DNA from: Batkoa obscura
Lineage: Eukaryota
Length of the DNA: 40,719 nt
NCBI GenBank assembly: GCA_030770535.1
Contig: JASVEC010000150.1
Span: 1 to 40,719, forward strand
Direction: 5' to 3'
Shown: positions 1 through 14,540 of the stretch, piece by piece
Layout: the number at the start of each line of letters is the position of its first letter
Position numbering within the stretch: position 1 is the first letter of the stretch
Program-made: the position numbers and the translations under genes
Notes under the pieces: model-generated
The model's input: the letters and a program-made list of their open reading frames with translations, nothing else
Told to the model about the DNA's origin: nothing
The model's database searches: none

Positions 1-1579
1 ACCGCCCAAATGATTCAATTATTACATAAACCAAATGATTCAATTATTACATAAACCAATTGAAAAGAATTTGGAGGAAGATGAGCTATCTCAAGATACT
101 ATTTATGAACAAATAGAAAACAAGGATGAAGAGAGTAATAACAATAGCAATACAAGTTTACCATTTAGTAATGAAACAGCTCAACAATGGAAAGCATTAT
201 TAGCAACATTTTCATTATCTTCAATAACAACCTTACTTACCACTCTTTATCCTGAATATTCCATATGGCCAATTTTTAATATCATCAATTCAGATGCTGT
301 TAAATGGAATTGGTATATTACTCCAGCCTTAAGTTATATGGGACAAGGTATAATTATGGGTTTGCCAACTACCTTATCGATGTTGTTAGGTTCTATTATT
401 GGCTGGGGTATCTTATCACCGATATCATTTTACATGGGATGGGCAAAAGGGGAAGTTAATGATTGGAAAGATGGTGCTAGAGGATGGATACTTTGGATTT
501 CATTGGCTGTTATGATTTCTGAATCCATTGTTTCTCTTTCTTTAATTACCTTTAAAGAAATTAAGACACAATACTCAAATTATATAAATGGGAGAAATCA
601 ACAAGATATTTATGAAAAAGAAGTGATCCCCTCTTGGGCTTTGTATTCCGGTTTGTTTTTAAGTACCGTTGGTTGCATTATGTCTATATCTATTGTATTT
701 GATGAAATACCCTTATATTCTATTATTATTTCGTTATTCTTAGGTTGTGTATTATCAATTTTAGCTGTTAGAGCCTTAGGAGAAACAGATTTAAATCCAG
801 TATCTGGTATTGGAAAAGTATCCCAAGTAGTATTTGGGGCCTTATTACCAGGTAATTTGGTAGGAAATTTAGTAGCTGGTGGAGTAGCGGAAGCTGGTGC
901 AATGCAAGCTGGTGATATGATGCAAGATTTAAAAACAGGACATTTATTAAATGCTAGTCCAAGAGCCCAATTTTATGGTCAATTGTTAGGCTCTTTAGTA
1001 TCTGTATTTATTTCCGTTTTCGCTTATCAATTATTTACTTCTACTTATACGATACCAGGCCCTGAATTTCAAGTACCAACTGCTCAGATTTGGTTAGATA
1101 TGGCTAAATTAGTTAATGGTCACCCCTTACCCCCTTATTCTGCAACATTTTCGATTGTATTTGCTATTATATTTACGATTATCCCAATTGTTAAATTTTT
1201 ATATTCAAATACCAGACTAGTTCAATATTTACCTTCAGGTATTGCTTTTGCAATTGGTATTTATAACCCACCCAATTTTACATTACCTAGAGTATTAGGT
1301 GCTTTAATTTGTGAAGCTTATTTAAAGGGTTGGTTTACAAGTTATCTTATTTCTCCTATTAAACAATTGATTGAAAAATATAAAGCAAGGAGATCACCGG
1401 ATATGGTACCTTGTCAAATTTATAATCAAAGGAGAGCTAGTTTTTATCCAAGTATAAAAGAAGAACAGTATTCAAGTAACTTTCATAAGGTACTGTTTAC
1501 CGTGATTGCGTCTGGTTTGGTTTTAGGGGAAGGTACAATGGCGGTTAGTATACTTATTGCAAAAGTGTTTACTAAGTAG
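1..1579 (+). CDS. OPT-family (YSL/YGL114W-like) oligopeptide transporter, 5'-partial
   Basis: Multi-TM ORF with OPT motifs (RALGETDLNPVSGIGKVSQ, GDMMQDLKTGHLLNASPRAQFYGQ, LPSGIAFAIGIY). Bases 1-30 read TAQMIQLLHK, the tail of the FPSGTATAxxI motif, so the gene begins upstream of the window. A 25-bp duplication (6-30/31-55) breaks the frame. Confidence 0.9.
6..59. repeat. Perfect 25-bp tandem duplication CCAAATGATTCAATTATTACATAAA x2
   Basis: 6-30 is identical to 31-55, followed by CCAA. Confidence 0.95.
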
Positions 1580-1724
1580 AAAAGGGGGTTCCGATTAGAA
1601 GGTGTGTTTTATATAACTAAATAAGCAGTTGGTTATATATAAACGATTTTTTATGTTAGATTGTAAATAAAAGTGATTCGATTTTATTATTTGTATTTAT
1701 TATATTATTATTTGTTTATTATAC

Positions 1725-1817
1725 GGGGATGTTTTTTTTGATTTCATTACTTTTCCATTTCTTAACCGCTATTTGAGTAGAAAAATTCTTAGTAAATTCT
1801 TGAAAAAATACATCCCC
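1725..1817 (+). mobile_element. ~98-bp MITE family copy
   Basis: GGGGATGT...ACATCCCC termini, flanks ATAC/ATAT, internal similarity to the copies at 24353, 28134 and 33009. Confidence 0.8.
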
Positions 1818-2228
1818 ATATATTTAGTTGCATTTGTTTTTTAATATTTATATTAGTTATTGATATAATTTATAGAGAAATAACATATATCATTTTAAGT
1901 ATTTATTGTAAATTATAAAGTAGTAAAATAAGACAATAGTATCGAGACATAACAAGCTTTGTTAAATAGTAAATTTATTAATTACTAATCCAACCACAAG
2001 CATACCAATCCTAAAAACAAACCCATTTTAAAAAGTGATAAAAATTGAATACTTACATATTTACCAAGTAAAAAAATGCGCCAACATTCATAAACCAATA
2101 AAATCAGTATTTTCTTCCACGAATCCACCAATCACTTAATAGTAAGTCAATAAAGTTCATGATGAAAACACATTAAACATTAGCAACAAAGGGAATTCAT
2201 TTTTATTCCAAAACAGAAGTCAAAAAAA

Positions 2229-3188
2229 ATGAGTCGATTCTACCCCAAAGGTGAACGTAAGCAATACATTTGCGGTTGGCGCTCGTGCAACACAGGCTTT
2301 GATCAACTCAGTCATCTCGTCCATCATTTATCCGAAGATCATGTGGGTTTTAAAAAAGAAGAATACGTTTGTCAATGGGAGGGTTGTGCCCGGTTTGGTA
2401 AAATACAAGCTTCCCGTTTTTCCTTGATTTCCCACCTTCGTTCACACACAGGGGAAAAACCATATCCATGTACATTTCCTAATTGTAATCGAGATTTCAC
2501 GAGATCCGACTCGTTGGCTAAGCATGTCAAATCACATCATCCAGGTTATGAAGATATTCAACAAAAAAAACAATTGTTGGGGAGGACGATACCACAAGTA
2601 GTAGGTAGTAGTAGAAGCGGAGGACAAACTAATACACAGAGACCTTCGCCTTTAACTCAGAGTAATATGTCAAGAAGTGTGGGTATGGATAATATGGGGT
2701 ATGGTAGTAGTAGTAGAATGATGGCTAATGATCCGAGATATTTTCAAACGAATCAATTTGGAAGAGGTGATAGTAATATCAATACTTATTCACAGCAAGC
2801 GGTACAAAGTTATTCTAGACAGGGGATGACGCAAGGACAGAAAGGTAATGAATTTGGGAATAATAATGATAGTATGAAAAGTGGTAAAATAGCTTCCGCA
2901 ATCACTTCGGGATCAGGGGAAAAGATTCAAAAAGAATTAAGTTATGAAGAAAATTGTATGATTGTTAGTGAATGTATTGAGTTTTTAAATGATGAAATTG
3001 AGGGTTATAAGGAGCAGATTGAAAACAAGAAAAATAGGATTCAACAGTTGAAATTGCAGAATTATTTAACATTGGAAAAACTGATTAAAATGAAGGAAAA
3101 GAGAAGGACTTTGAAGTTAAAGCTTAAAATGAAAAATAAATTGAATATGGATGTGAAGAAAAATAAGACTAAAAAAAGAAAGTCATAG
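2229..3188 (+). CDS. C2H2 zinc-finger protein, GLI-like fingers plus C-terminal coiled coil (INO80 subunit Iec1-like)
   Basis: Three C2H2 fingers (CGWRSC..HLSEDH, CQWEGC..HLRSH, TGEKPYPCTFPNC..RSDSLAKHVKSHH), low-complexity linker, coiled-coil/basic tail. Resemblance to S. pombe Iec1 is from memory. Confidence 0.8.
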   Translation: MSRFYPKGERKQYICGWRSCNTGFDQLSHLVHHLSEDHVGFKKEEYVCQWEGCARFGKIQASRFSLISHLRSHTGEKPYPCTFPNCNRDFTRSDSLAKHVKSHHPGYEDIQQKKQLLGRTIPQVVGSSRSGGQTNTQRPSPLTQSNMSRSVGMDNMGYGSSSRMMANDPRYFQTNQFGRGDSNINTYSQQAVQSYSRQGMTQGQKGNEFGNNNDSMKSGKIASAITSGSGEKIQKELSYEENCMIVSECIEFLNDEIEGYKEQIENKKNRIQQLKLQNYLTLEKLIKMKEKRRTLKLKLKMKNKLNMDVKKNKTKKRKS

Positions 3189-3558
3189 ATAAATTATGAA
3201 AATTATTTATTTTTTTTATTTTTTCGGATATATACTCTGCTCTCCCATTAGCTCGTCTCATCTCTATTAAATTTCATTTTTTATATTAAAATTTGGATTA
3301 TTTTTATTATATTTTTGATTGTTTTTTATCTCTAACTTTATGCTCTATTATTGACTCATAAGTATTGTAAATAAGTGGTAAGATAAAAAATAAACGAATT
3401 TTATTGGCTTAATTCGAGCTTACTTTGTTTCTAGCCAATAAAGTAGGTCACTAACAACCTCTAGCGTAAACTTAACAGATAAAAAAGCATATAAAAACGT
3501 CAATCCATGCCATCAGACTTCAAATTCGAATGCTGTCAATCTCAATTCAACATTTAAA

Positions 3559-6500
3559 ATGAGTCTACGTAACACAATATCCTCTTTATTCTACCATCAT
3601 GGTAAAGTATGCTCTAATCATCCGTTACGTATCTTAAGTTTAGCTTTTACATGGATTAATATATTAACCTTCTTCGCCATCTATTCATTTTATTTTGGTA
3701 CTAAGCCTAATTATCAATTTTTTGAAAATAATTTAATGAGTTATAATGAGATTGTTATTAACGAGGAGTATCAATTAAAGTATCAATTAGTGGAAATTCG
3801 ATTTGAGAATGATGTTAAAGAGATGATGAATGGTCCAAGTTTGGAATATTTTATGAAAGTCAACGAAAAATTGGAGGCTGTGGCAGTCAAAGTGAAAGAA
3901 GAGGATGGAGAAAAAGAATATCACTTTGAAGATATTTGTTTCAAACCAGAGGGATATGGGGGGTGTTTCATGTTTAATCCAATCCATTATTTTGTCCAAA
4001 ATCATACTTTATGGAAAAAATATCAAAAAGAAATGCAAATATCATTAGTAGAAAATAGAGAAAAACAAGAGGATTTAAGATTACCATTATGGGCTATATT
4101 CAATAATGTTAAATACCAAGGGGAAGAAGTAATTGGTATGGAAAATTTGGTATTTACACTGTTCCTTAATAATAGAGAAAACAGTGTAAAGGTATGGAAA
4201 CTGATATGGGAAAAGCTAAAAATGGAAATAGAAAAAATAGAGGTAAAGGACAGTAGTTTGATAAGTATAGAGAATTCTAACGAAGAAAATAAAATTCATT
4301 ATTTTCAAGTAAGCAATTTATTTATTTATTAGTAGTTAAAACTTATTATTATGTTTAGTTTATAAATAATAAAATGTTAATCTCAGCAGAAACTATGTTT
4401 ATGGCGTTAGGATATATTGTAGTGGTGTTGTATTTATTTTTTTCAATAAGCAAATTTAAACTTGTAAAATCGAAATTTTGGCTGGGGTTTGCAGCTTTGT
4501 TTTTATTAAATGTTTCATTATTAATGAGTTTTGGTAATTTAATACATAATAGTATTTGTATTTAGTATCTAAGATTTATTTTAGGTACTTGTTATTTATT
4601 AAATATCAAACTTAATCTGTTACCTTATGAAATATTACCATTTTTAATTATTGCTATTGGTGCTGAAAATCTATTAAAGATAACAAATTCAGTAGTCTCG
4701 AACAAGTATTGATCTACCCGTAAGAGAAAGAATAGGAATTGGACTAAAGGATTGTGGGTACAATGTAACATTACATTTAGGAGTAGAATTAACAATCTTA
4801 ATTTGTTCTGCTTTAAGCAGTAATGAAGCATTAAGTGAATTTGGTATATTTGCTAGTTTAGCATTAATTATTGATTATTTATTACAAATGACTTTTTTTA
4901 TTTCAGTACTTTCAATTGATATTAGAAGATTAGAATTGTCGGATTTAAATGATAATCAAATTATTAACTCAAATATCAATAATATTCAAAATGATGAAAA
5001 TTTAATGTTAGTTACTATTTGGGAAAAAATGATGTTCAAATTTAATAAACTAAAAGAATATCCATTTTTTAAAGTTGTTATGGTAAGTATTTATATTATA
5101 AAGTAATAATATAACAATAATAATAATAATAAATATATTTTTATTAATATAGATATTTTTGACAATGGGAATCATTTATTTATTATTTAATAATTTACAA
5201 AGTTATCCAACAGTATTAAAAGAAAAGGCCCAATTGAATTTTAATAATGAAGAATTAAATGAAACTATTTGGAAATTAATTAATCCCAATAAAAAAGATA
5301 TTTATATTGAATTTTTACCAAGTTATTTAATTCAATTAAAGTATTTGGGAGATATGTATATTAACATAAAGAATAATGAGGATAGCGAAAGTACTAATAA
5401 CAATAAAGAAAATGAAATAATAAATAAAATTAAAGAAACAATTAAATATCAATTAAATAATATAAAAACATTACATTGGTTTAAAGTAACTATTGTAATA
5501 TTAGTAGTTATTTGTTTTTATTATTATTTTAATTATTTAAATCAACAAGGAAAAATACCTAATGAAATGTATAACAACAATAACAGCAATGAATCAATGG
5601 AATTAAATCAACAGAAAAAAATGAAAATAAAATCAGTATTTCAATTTAGTTATTCGGATATCAAATTACTTTACGTAAGTGAAAATATGGAGAGGATACT
5701 AATTTATACATATCAAAGCGAAGTAATGTTATGGGATTATTTGAATAATGAATTATTAATTAATATTCAAGTTAAAGATATTATTCATATATTGTTAAAT
5801 GAACAACAAGAGATAATTTTAATTGATAACAATAATACATTATATATACAAAAAAAAGAAAAGGAATATAGAAAATTTCAATTAAAATTTCAATTCATGA
5901 GTTATAAAGTCAAGAAAGTCCAATGTTTCGAAGATTTATTAGTGATTTTAAATGAAGCTATGGAATTTATTATATTTGATTTAAGTAACGAAGACATTAT
6001 CTGGAAATTAAGTTTACATTATCAAATAACTATGTTCCAACTAGTTAATAACAATATTTATTTGGCTTGTATGGATGGTAGTATATTGACTATTGAATTA
6101 GAAGATAAAGAGTTTAAGGTTATTAAGTTGAATTATGACAATATCGAGAATAATAAATTAATTAATACAGAAGCAATTAAATTAATGAAAATTAAAGAAA
6201 TCAATAAGAATGAATTAATAATAACAATAATTAATAAATTCAATCAAATGTTTACTTATTATTATGATAAAAAGAAAAGTAACTTAAAAGTAATCCAATT
6301 AATTAATTTTAATTTAGAAGATAAAATTGTACAATTAAATATATCAATTAAAAATCAATTAATTTTAATTTATAAGAGTACAGTTGTTAAGGCGGAATTA
6401 TGGATTATTAATAGAAATAATAAAAATAATAATAATCTAATTTACAACGATGACATAGAGGAAGAAAATGAATATAGCAATAATAATAGTAAAAATAATC

Positions 6501-6871
6501 TTCAAAAAATAAATATAAATAACAATGGTTGTAAATTTACTTATTTTAATCAACAAAAGGAATTAATTTATTGTAATTTTAATGAGGAAAATAATCAATG
6601 GGAGTTAATTCAGTTAGATATGAAATTGAATCACAATATTATTTATACGTTAAATAACAATAGCAAAGATGATATAGAATCAAATATTAATTTAATAAGT
6701 AAGCTAATAATATACATTTATAATATTTATATAATGACAATTTTAATAGATACTAAATATAAAACGTATCCTCCATTAATGTATAATGATATTTTATTAC
6801 CCCTTATAACAACTCCTATAACTACCTTTATAGTTATAGGAAATTATATTTATTTAATAGAAAAAAAATAA
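3559..6871 (+). CDS. SCAP: SREBP cleavage-activating protein (SCAP)-like, sterol-sensing domain plus WD40-like C-terminus; apparent +1 frameshift at ~4701
   Basis: Exons ~3559-4308, 4359-4533, 4585-5082, 5153-6871 with GT-AG introns. N-terminal FYHHGKVCSNHP. SSD motifs KLVKSKFWLGFAAL, YEILPFLIIAIGAEN, LQMTFFISVLSIDIRRLELSD. Confidence 0.85.
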
Positions 6872-6888
6872 AAAATACACCAACTATA

Positions 6889-6933
6889 ATTTAAAGTTAG
6901 ATTTAAATTTAGATTTAAAGTTAGATTTAAATT
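6889..6933. repeat. 12-bp tandem repeat ATTTAAA(G/T)TTAG, ~3.7 copies
   Basis: Directly visible between the convergent SCAP and Tfb5 stop codons. Confidence 0.8.
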
Positions 6934-6960
6934 CCATTTCAATGATTATTATTATTATTA

Positions 6961-7236
6961 TTATACTCCACCATCAATATCTAATTTAAAGGCATTTTGA
7001 TCTAATATAGTTTGTACTTCATAATGAATATATTTTAATTTGGATTCATTAACAAAGAGGGTTTCGGAATCTAAATCTTCAAGGATGATGTCACCACCTC
7101 GATCTAAACTTAAGATGATTTCTTTTACTGCAGCATCACTGAAGGGAAATACAAGGGATTAATAAGAGCTTTGGGGTTAATAGATAGGTTGGGCTTACCA
7201 TGTTATTATGACTCCACCAAGTACTTGAATTCCCAT
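6961..7236 (-). CDS. TFB5: TFIIH subunit Tfb5/TTDA (two exons; not in ORF track)
   Basis: Exons 7236-7199 and 7138-6961 (intron GTAAGC...TTCAG) give MGIQVLGGVIITCDAAVKEIILSLDRGGDIILEDLDSETLFVNESKLKYIHYEVQTILDQNAFKLDIDGGV*, which matches the Tfb5 pattern GxxIxCDxxxKxxI..IxEDLD. Confidence 0.9.
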
Positions 7237-7447
7237 GATTTTAAGATTGGATGAATTGAATTTGAAAATAAAAATAAACTTAAAATAAAAATAAAAATAA
7301 ACCTTCAAAGTTCAAAACTGTGCCTAAAATCTAAGCAAAGTTTAATACATTTAACTTTAAACCAATAATAATTCATTTCTTTTTAAATTAATTTACTTAA
7401 TATATTCAACCTCTCAACTTTCACCCATTAACTAATATTTCTAACAA

Positions 7448-8740
7448 ATGACCCAAAGAAAACATTATACAATAGAAGAAATCCTTGCTCGGGGGAAAAG
7501 GGACCCATTCCACTCATATCTAAAAATAGCGGCTCCGATGGTAAGATATTCCAAGTTACCTTTTCGACAGTTATTACAAGAGTAAGTCCAATATAGTATC
7601 CTTCTTCTCTTAACCATAAGTGATCCACTATTTTGCTAGTTATAACCTAGATCTTGTTTACACTCCCATGATACTTTCTGATGTATTTTCCTCTTCATCA
7701 CTTGCACGTGATAGTGATTTTACTACCACCAGTAATGAATCCCCCTTAGCGGTTCAATTAGCTGCAAAAAACAGTAAAGAAGCTGGGGATGCATCAGAAT
7801 TTTTAGCAAATTATTGTGATGTAATTGATATTAATTGTGGTTGTCCACAAAAATGGGCCATCAATGAAGGGATTGGTGGGTATTTAATGAGTCAACCGGA
7901 AATTGTGAGGGAGATTGTTAGAGAGGTAAAGAATAGGAGTGGTATGCAATGTTCCATTAAAATTCGAGTTCACAAGGAGTTAAGGTGAGTTTTAAGAGTT
8001 TATTAAGGGATTTAATGGTGGATATTAAGGGTACTAATTTTTATTCTTTATTTAATGTTATTTTTATTAGTAAAACAATTGAAATGGTCAAAAGAGCAGA
8101 AAGCGTTGGCGTTGCTTGGATAACAGTTCATGGTAGAACAGTGAAACAAAGTTCTTCTGAAGAAGTTAATTATGAAGCTATTAAAATGGTAAAAGAGCAT
8201 GCTACGGTACCAGTATTTGGTAATGGAAATATATTTAGTTTAGCAGATGCGGATAAGATGGTGAAAAATACTAAAGTGGATGGTAAGTTGGACATGAGTC
8301 GAGGGGGAAAATTAGAGGACAGTTATTGATAAGCTTAACTTTTTAGGGGTCATGTCCGCAAGAGGGATATTAAATAATCCAGCTTTATTTACAAATGCAC
8401 CTTATACCCCAATGGAATGCGTGGAGGTAAGTTTTAAATATTATGAATAAAAACAGTGCTTTTATTAATATATATGCTATTGATAGAAATATGTTCATAA
8501 AGCATTAGAACAAGGCACAAATACATTTATATTTCATCATCATTTAATGTATATGCTGGAAAGTACAATGTCAAAAGCAGGTAAGTCTTTAATTTGCTGG
8601 ACACGAAATTTAAGTGATAAGGAGTTTAATAATGTTAACTTAATTTTATTATAGAAAAAAAAAGTTTTAATGTCTTATCATCGATACCAGCGATTTTAGA
8701 TCATCTAGAAGAACACTATGGGTTAGAGTGCATGGAGTAA
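7448..8740 (+). CDS. DUS4: tRNA-dihydrouridine(20a/20b) synthase, DUS4-like
   Basis: Six exons. IAAPMVRYSKLPFR, DINCGCPQKWA..EGIGGYL, ITVHGRT, GVMSARGILNNPALF. ATG at 7448, TAA at 8738-8740. Confidence 0.9.
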
Positions 8741-9227
8741 AGGATAGAGGGAATTACTGGATTTTGTAAAATAAAAACTAATGTCCATAGACTAAGTTTG
8801 AGTTATTTATTTAAATTTTTCGTATAATAAGAAGCGGGGTTTTGTTTATTTTGTGTAATAAAATAGACGATAGTATAATATGGTACTAAAGTAAAAAACA
8901 TGATAAAATATTGGTAGAATAATAAATGGAACGTTTATAGAAGTATAAATACTATATCATATCATTACTATTTAGCATAAGTTTATGTTTTATATTAAAA
9001 TTTAACGATGGTCAAAGGATATATTTCGTAAAATAGTTTAACAGGATTACCAAATTTAGCAAATATTAATTTCTAAAATTCTAAATTTAAGGGGAGCTTT
9101 AAATGAAGTTTGGCAAAATGTTAAGAATTACAGTTGGTGACTAAATGGAATTTTAATTTTAGAAACTAAAAATTGCATTAACTATTCTTTAACTTGTTAA
9201 TTTGCATTAAAAAGAACACTTCAATTC

Positions 9228-11210
9228 ATGTCCAATATCGTCAACAACACTACCATGGACACTGGCATTAAACCACCTACTATACGTTCTAGATCAAGCA
9301 CCATTGATTCCAATTATGACACTCAATATAATAATTCATTATTAAGCAACTCAAATTCGATCTATATTTCTCAGAAAGAATTGAGAACCTCCATGGATAC
9401 ATTTAAAAATTTATTAGCTTGTACCATGGAATTTGAACATAAAATTCAAAATTTTTCAAAAGCTTCAAGTGATTTTGCTAGTCAAATAGAAAATTTAGCA
9501 CGACTTAAAGGAGTGGATGAAGAAGGTAAGTTAGTTTTTTGAGTATTAAAGTTTTGAAGGATTTTGATGCTAATAAATTGTTTTTTCAGCTGATGGTTTA
9601 CAATCCATTTCAGGTCTTCATTTTGTTATGGCTACTCATATTGAATTGTTGGTAGGCTATAAATAACAAATTAGCTCCTTTTTATATCATAATTAACAGT
9701 CTTTGTTTTTTTTAGTCTCAAGCACTAAATCAATCAGTAATATTGCCTTTAGAAAAAAGTTTGCTAAGTTTTGAAGAAAAACTAAAGGTAAGTTGGATTA
9801 TTTATTTATTTATTAAAGAACATGAGAGCTGATAATTGTTTGATTTATAATAGACTGAAGAAAATGAACGACAAAAAACATTAGCTTATATAAGTCATAA
9901 AATTAAAGTAACTGAAGCAAGGAGTTTAGAAACAGCTAAAAGAGGAACAAGGGGTAAGATTATTATTTAGTAATTATAAAAACAATATACTAAATTTTAT
10001 TTTCATTTTCATTCAGATTTGACTCAATTTCGTAATATCTTAACTGAGCTAACTAATCAAGTAGATGAGATGGAACGAGTAAATCAAGAACATTATATTA
10101 AAAAATATGAATGGCAAAGAGAAAATGGCTTATTTATAAAGCAATGTTTAAATTCCTTCGTCAAAGTCGAAATTGAGCTATTTGATCGTATTATTTCAAA
10201 ATGTATTCAAGATGATTATTTAAAAAAAGTAAGTTTTCAACTCTATTATAATAATGTAATATAATGATACTAATGCTAATAATTTTTACTTATTTACTTA
10301 TTTTATTAAATAGATAATTACCGAAGAACCCGAACCATTTTCAATCTATGATAGAGTGGATAAAAATAAAGAAGAATTATTTACTGTATTACCAACTACA
10401 CCTATATTTGAACAGCAATCTTTACATCATTTGTCAAATACAATCGCTTATCATTCGTTTATTCCAAATTCATTTAATAACAATAATAATAATACAGATG
10501 ATACTAATGAGAATGATAACAATAATAACAATATAGCCCCACCTTTAACACCCACAATAAATATTAACAGTATTTCAACAAATAGTCAAAGTAACAGTAT
10601 GGATATTGTTAATTTATTAAATAGTGAAGAGGAAACTACCAACATCCAGAACCACGAAACAATTAATAGATCAACTAAAACAGAAGTTGAAAAAATCTCA
10701 AAACAAAACAATAATAGTAATCATAATTATAAAGAATATGAATTTAAATCATCTTCTCCATTAATGTCGGATCATTCTAATGATTATTATTATGATAATA
10801 ATGGTAACTTGAGAGACATTACGCCTCTGATATCACCTTTACCTATGAGTGAATATAATCCTACTCCACTAAGTAAAAATGTGGATTATTCATATTATAA
10901 TGAATTAAATGGGAATAACAATAATGAAGAGAGTAATAGTAATAAGAATGATAATGAAAAAGAAAGTATGAACGAAATTTATGAGTTACATCGAAATGAT
11001 AGTATCGTTACTATGGATTCCGTACAAAGTTTTAATAGTAGTAATGTTAGTGTTAACAGTAATAGTAAAATGGAGGACGATGAACAGAATGGACAAGAGA
11101 ATATTCAAACTAAAAATAAAGAGAAAGGAAAAAAGAAAGACAGTTTATATAATCAAGTTATCAAACAGAATTTTAGGGAAAGTAACACAGCTTTAAAGGG
11201 GGCAGAATAA
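9228..11210 (+). CDS. Ivy1-like I-BAR/IMD domain protein with Asn-rich low-complexity tail
   Basis: Multi-exon. Spliced N-terminus ISQKELRTSMDTFKNLL..SKASSDFASQIENLARLKG..DGLQSISGLHFVMATHIELLSQALNQSVILPL resembles the Ivy1-family helical bundle. Confidence 0.65.
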
Positions 11211-11751
11211 ATATTCGAATGAGTTTAGTTGAGATAGTTTTTTTAGGAGTTTTGCTTTGATAAAGTGGACCAAGGAGATTTTGAGCTTTTTGAAGTAGAT
11301 TATTATTTTATTAGTTTTTTAAAAAATAAAAAAAAGTGTATTATTAACTTTTAACTTTTTAAGAGTGTGTTCCAGCTTTACTTTTCGTTCCTTAAATTAT
11401 GTTTTACTATGATTTTCAAATAAATGAAAAAAAGAGTGAATTATTCAATATTTCAATTTATTATAATATTCCCATTTCTCAAATTTCTAAATTTCTCAAA
11501 ACTTAAATTTACTTTAAATACTAAATATCAATAACATCTACACTTAATCCATCCTTAAGTTTTAATAGGCTCTTTATTATTATTAAATTAGCACTCATTG
11601 CTTCAAATTTTATTTTAAATTTTCAAAAATCAATCAACTACGTAATTCCAAATAAAATGAACAACTAAATTAAAAGAAGCGGTAAACTCAACTCTTTTAT
11701 TCTTCTTTGCATTCGCCTTTTTGTTTCTATTTTGTTTCATTTTAACTAATA

Positions 11752-12376
11752 ATGTCTTGGCAAGCTTTTGTAGATACCAATTTAATTGGTAGTAATAATT
11801 TTAATAAAGCATTAATAATCGATCATCAAAATAATGTTTGGGCTACCTCCGAAGAGAAATTACATGTAAGTTTAAATTACAAATCCCTTCTCCCTCTCGC
11901 ATTTCAATAAAAACAAACTAATGCAAAAAAATTTGACTCCTTTTTAGTTATCAAAAGAAGATTTCAATGTATTAGAACAAGCATATGAAAAACCAGAAGT
12001 AATTTTTACCCATGGATTTACTATTAGAGAAAAAAAATATCGTACAATTAAAGCTGATAATAGAAGTGTTTATGGAAAAGCAGTGGTAAGTTATTTTATT
12101 CAATGTTTTATTTTAAACAATAACAAGTACTTGCCTGATAAGAACAACAGTAAATTTAACTAAAATATCATTTTCAGGACAACTCTGGTGGTATAACAAT
12201 AGTTAAAACAAACCGTTGTTATTTAATTGGTTTTTACGACGATGGTGTGAAACCTGGATTCGCATCAGCTACTATTGAAGAGTTAGGGGATCAGCTTATT
12301 GAAGCTAACTTTGTAAGTTTTTATGTTATTATTTTAAACTAATAAGTTATTAACTATCTTTGATATTTTTTAGTAA
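11752..12376 (+). CDS. Profilin (divergent; not in ORF track)
   Basis: Exons 11752-11865, 11948-12085, 12178-12312, 12374-12376: MSWQAFVDTNLIGS..NVWATS..GFTIREKKYRTIKADNRSVYGK..GGITIVKT..LIGFYDDGVKPG..LGDQLIEANF*. Confidence 0.9.
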
Positions 12377-12531
12377 AAATAAAATTGTTCACTCATTTTT
12401 TCATATTATTTAATACTTTATTTTTCAATATATTTACAATAATCAATAATAAATTAAATCAAAATGTTTAAAAGTAAATAAATCATTTCTATTCTCCCTT
12501 TAATTTATAATAACAACTATCATATTTATAA

Positions 12532-14540
<2,009 letters not shown>

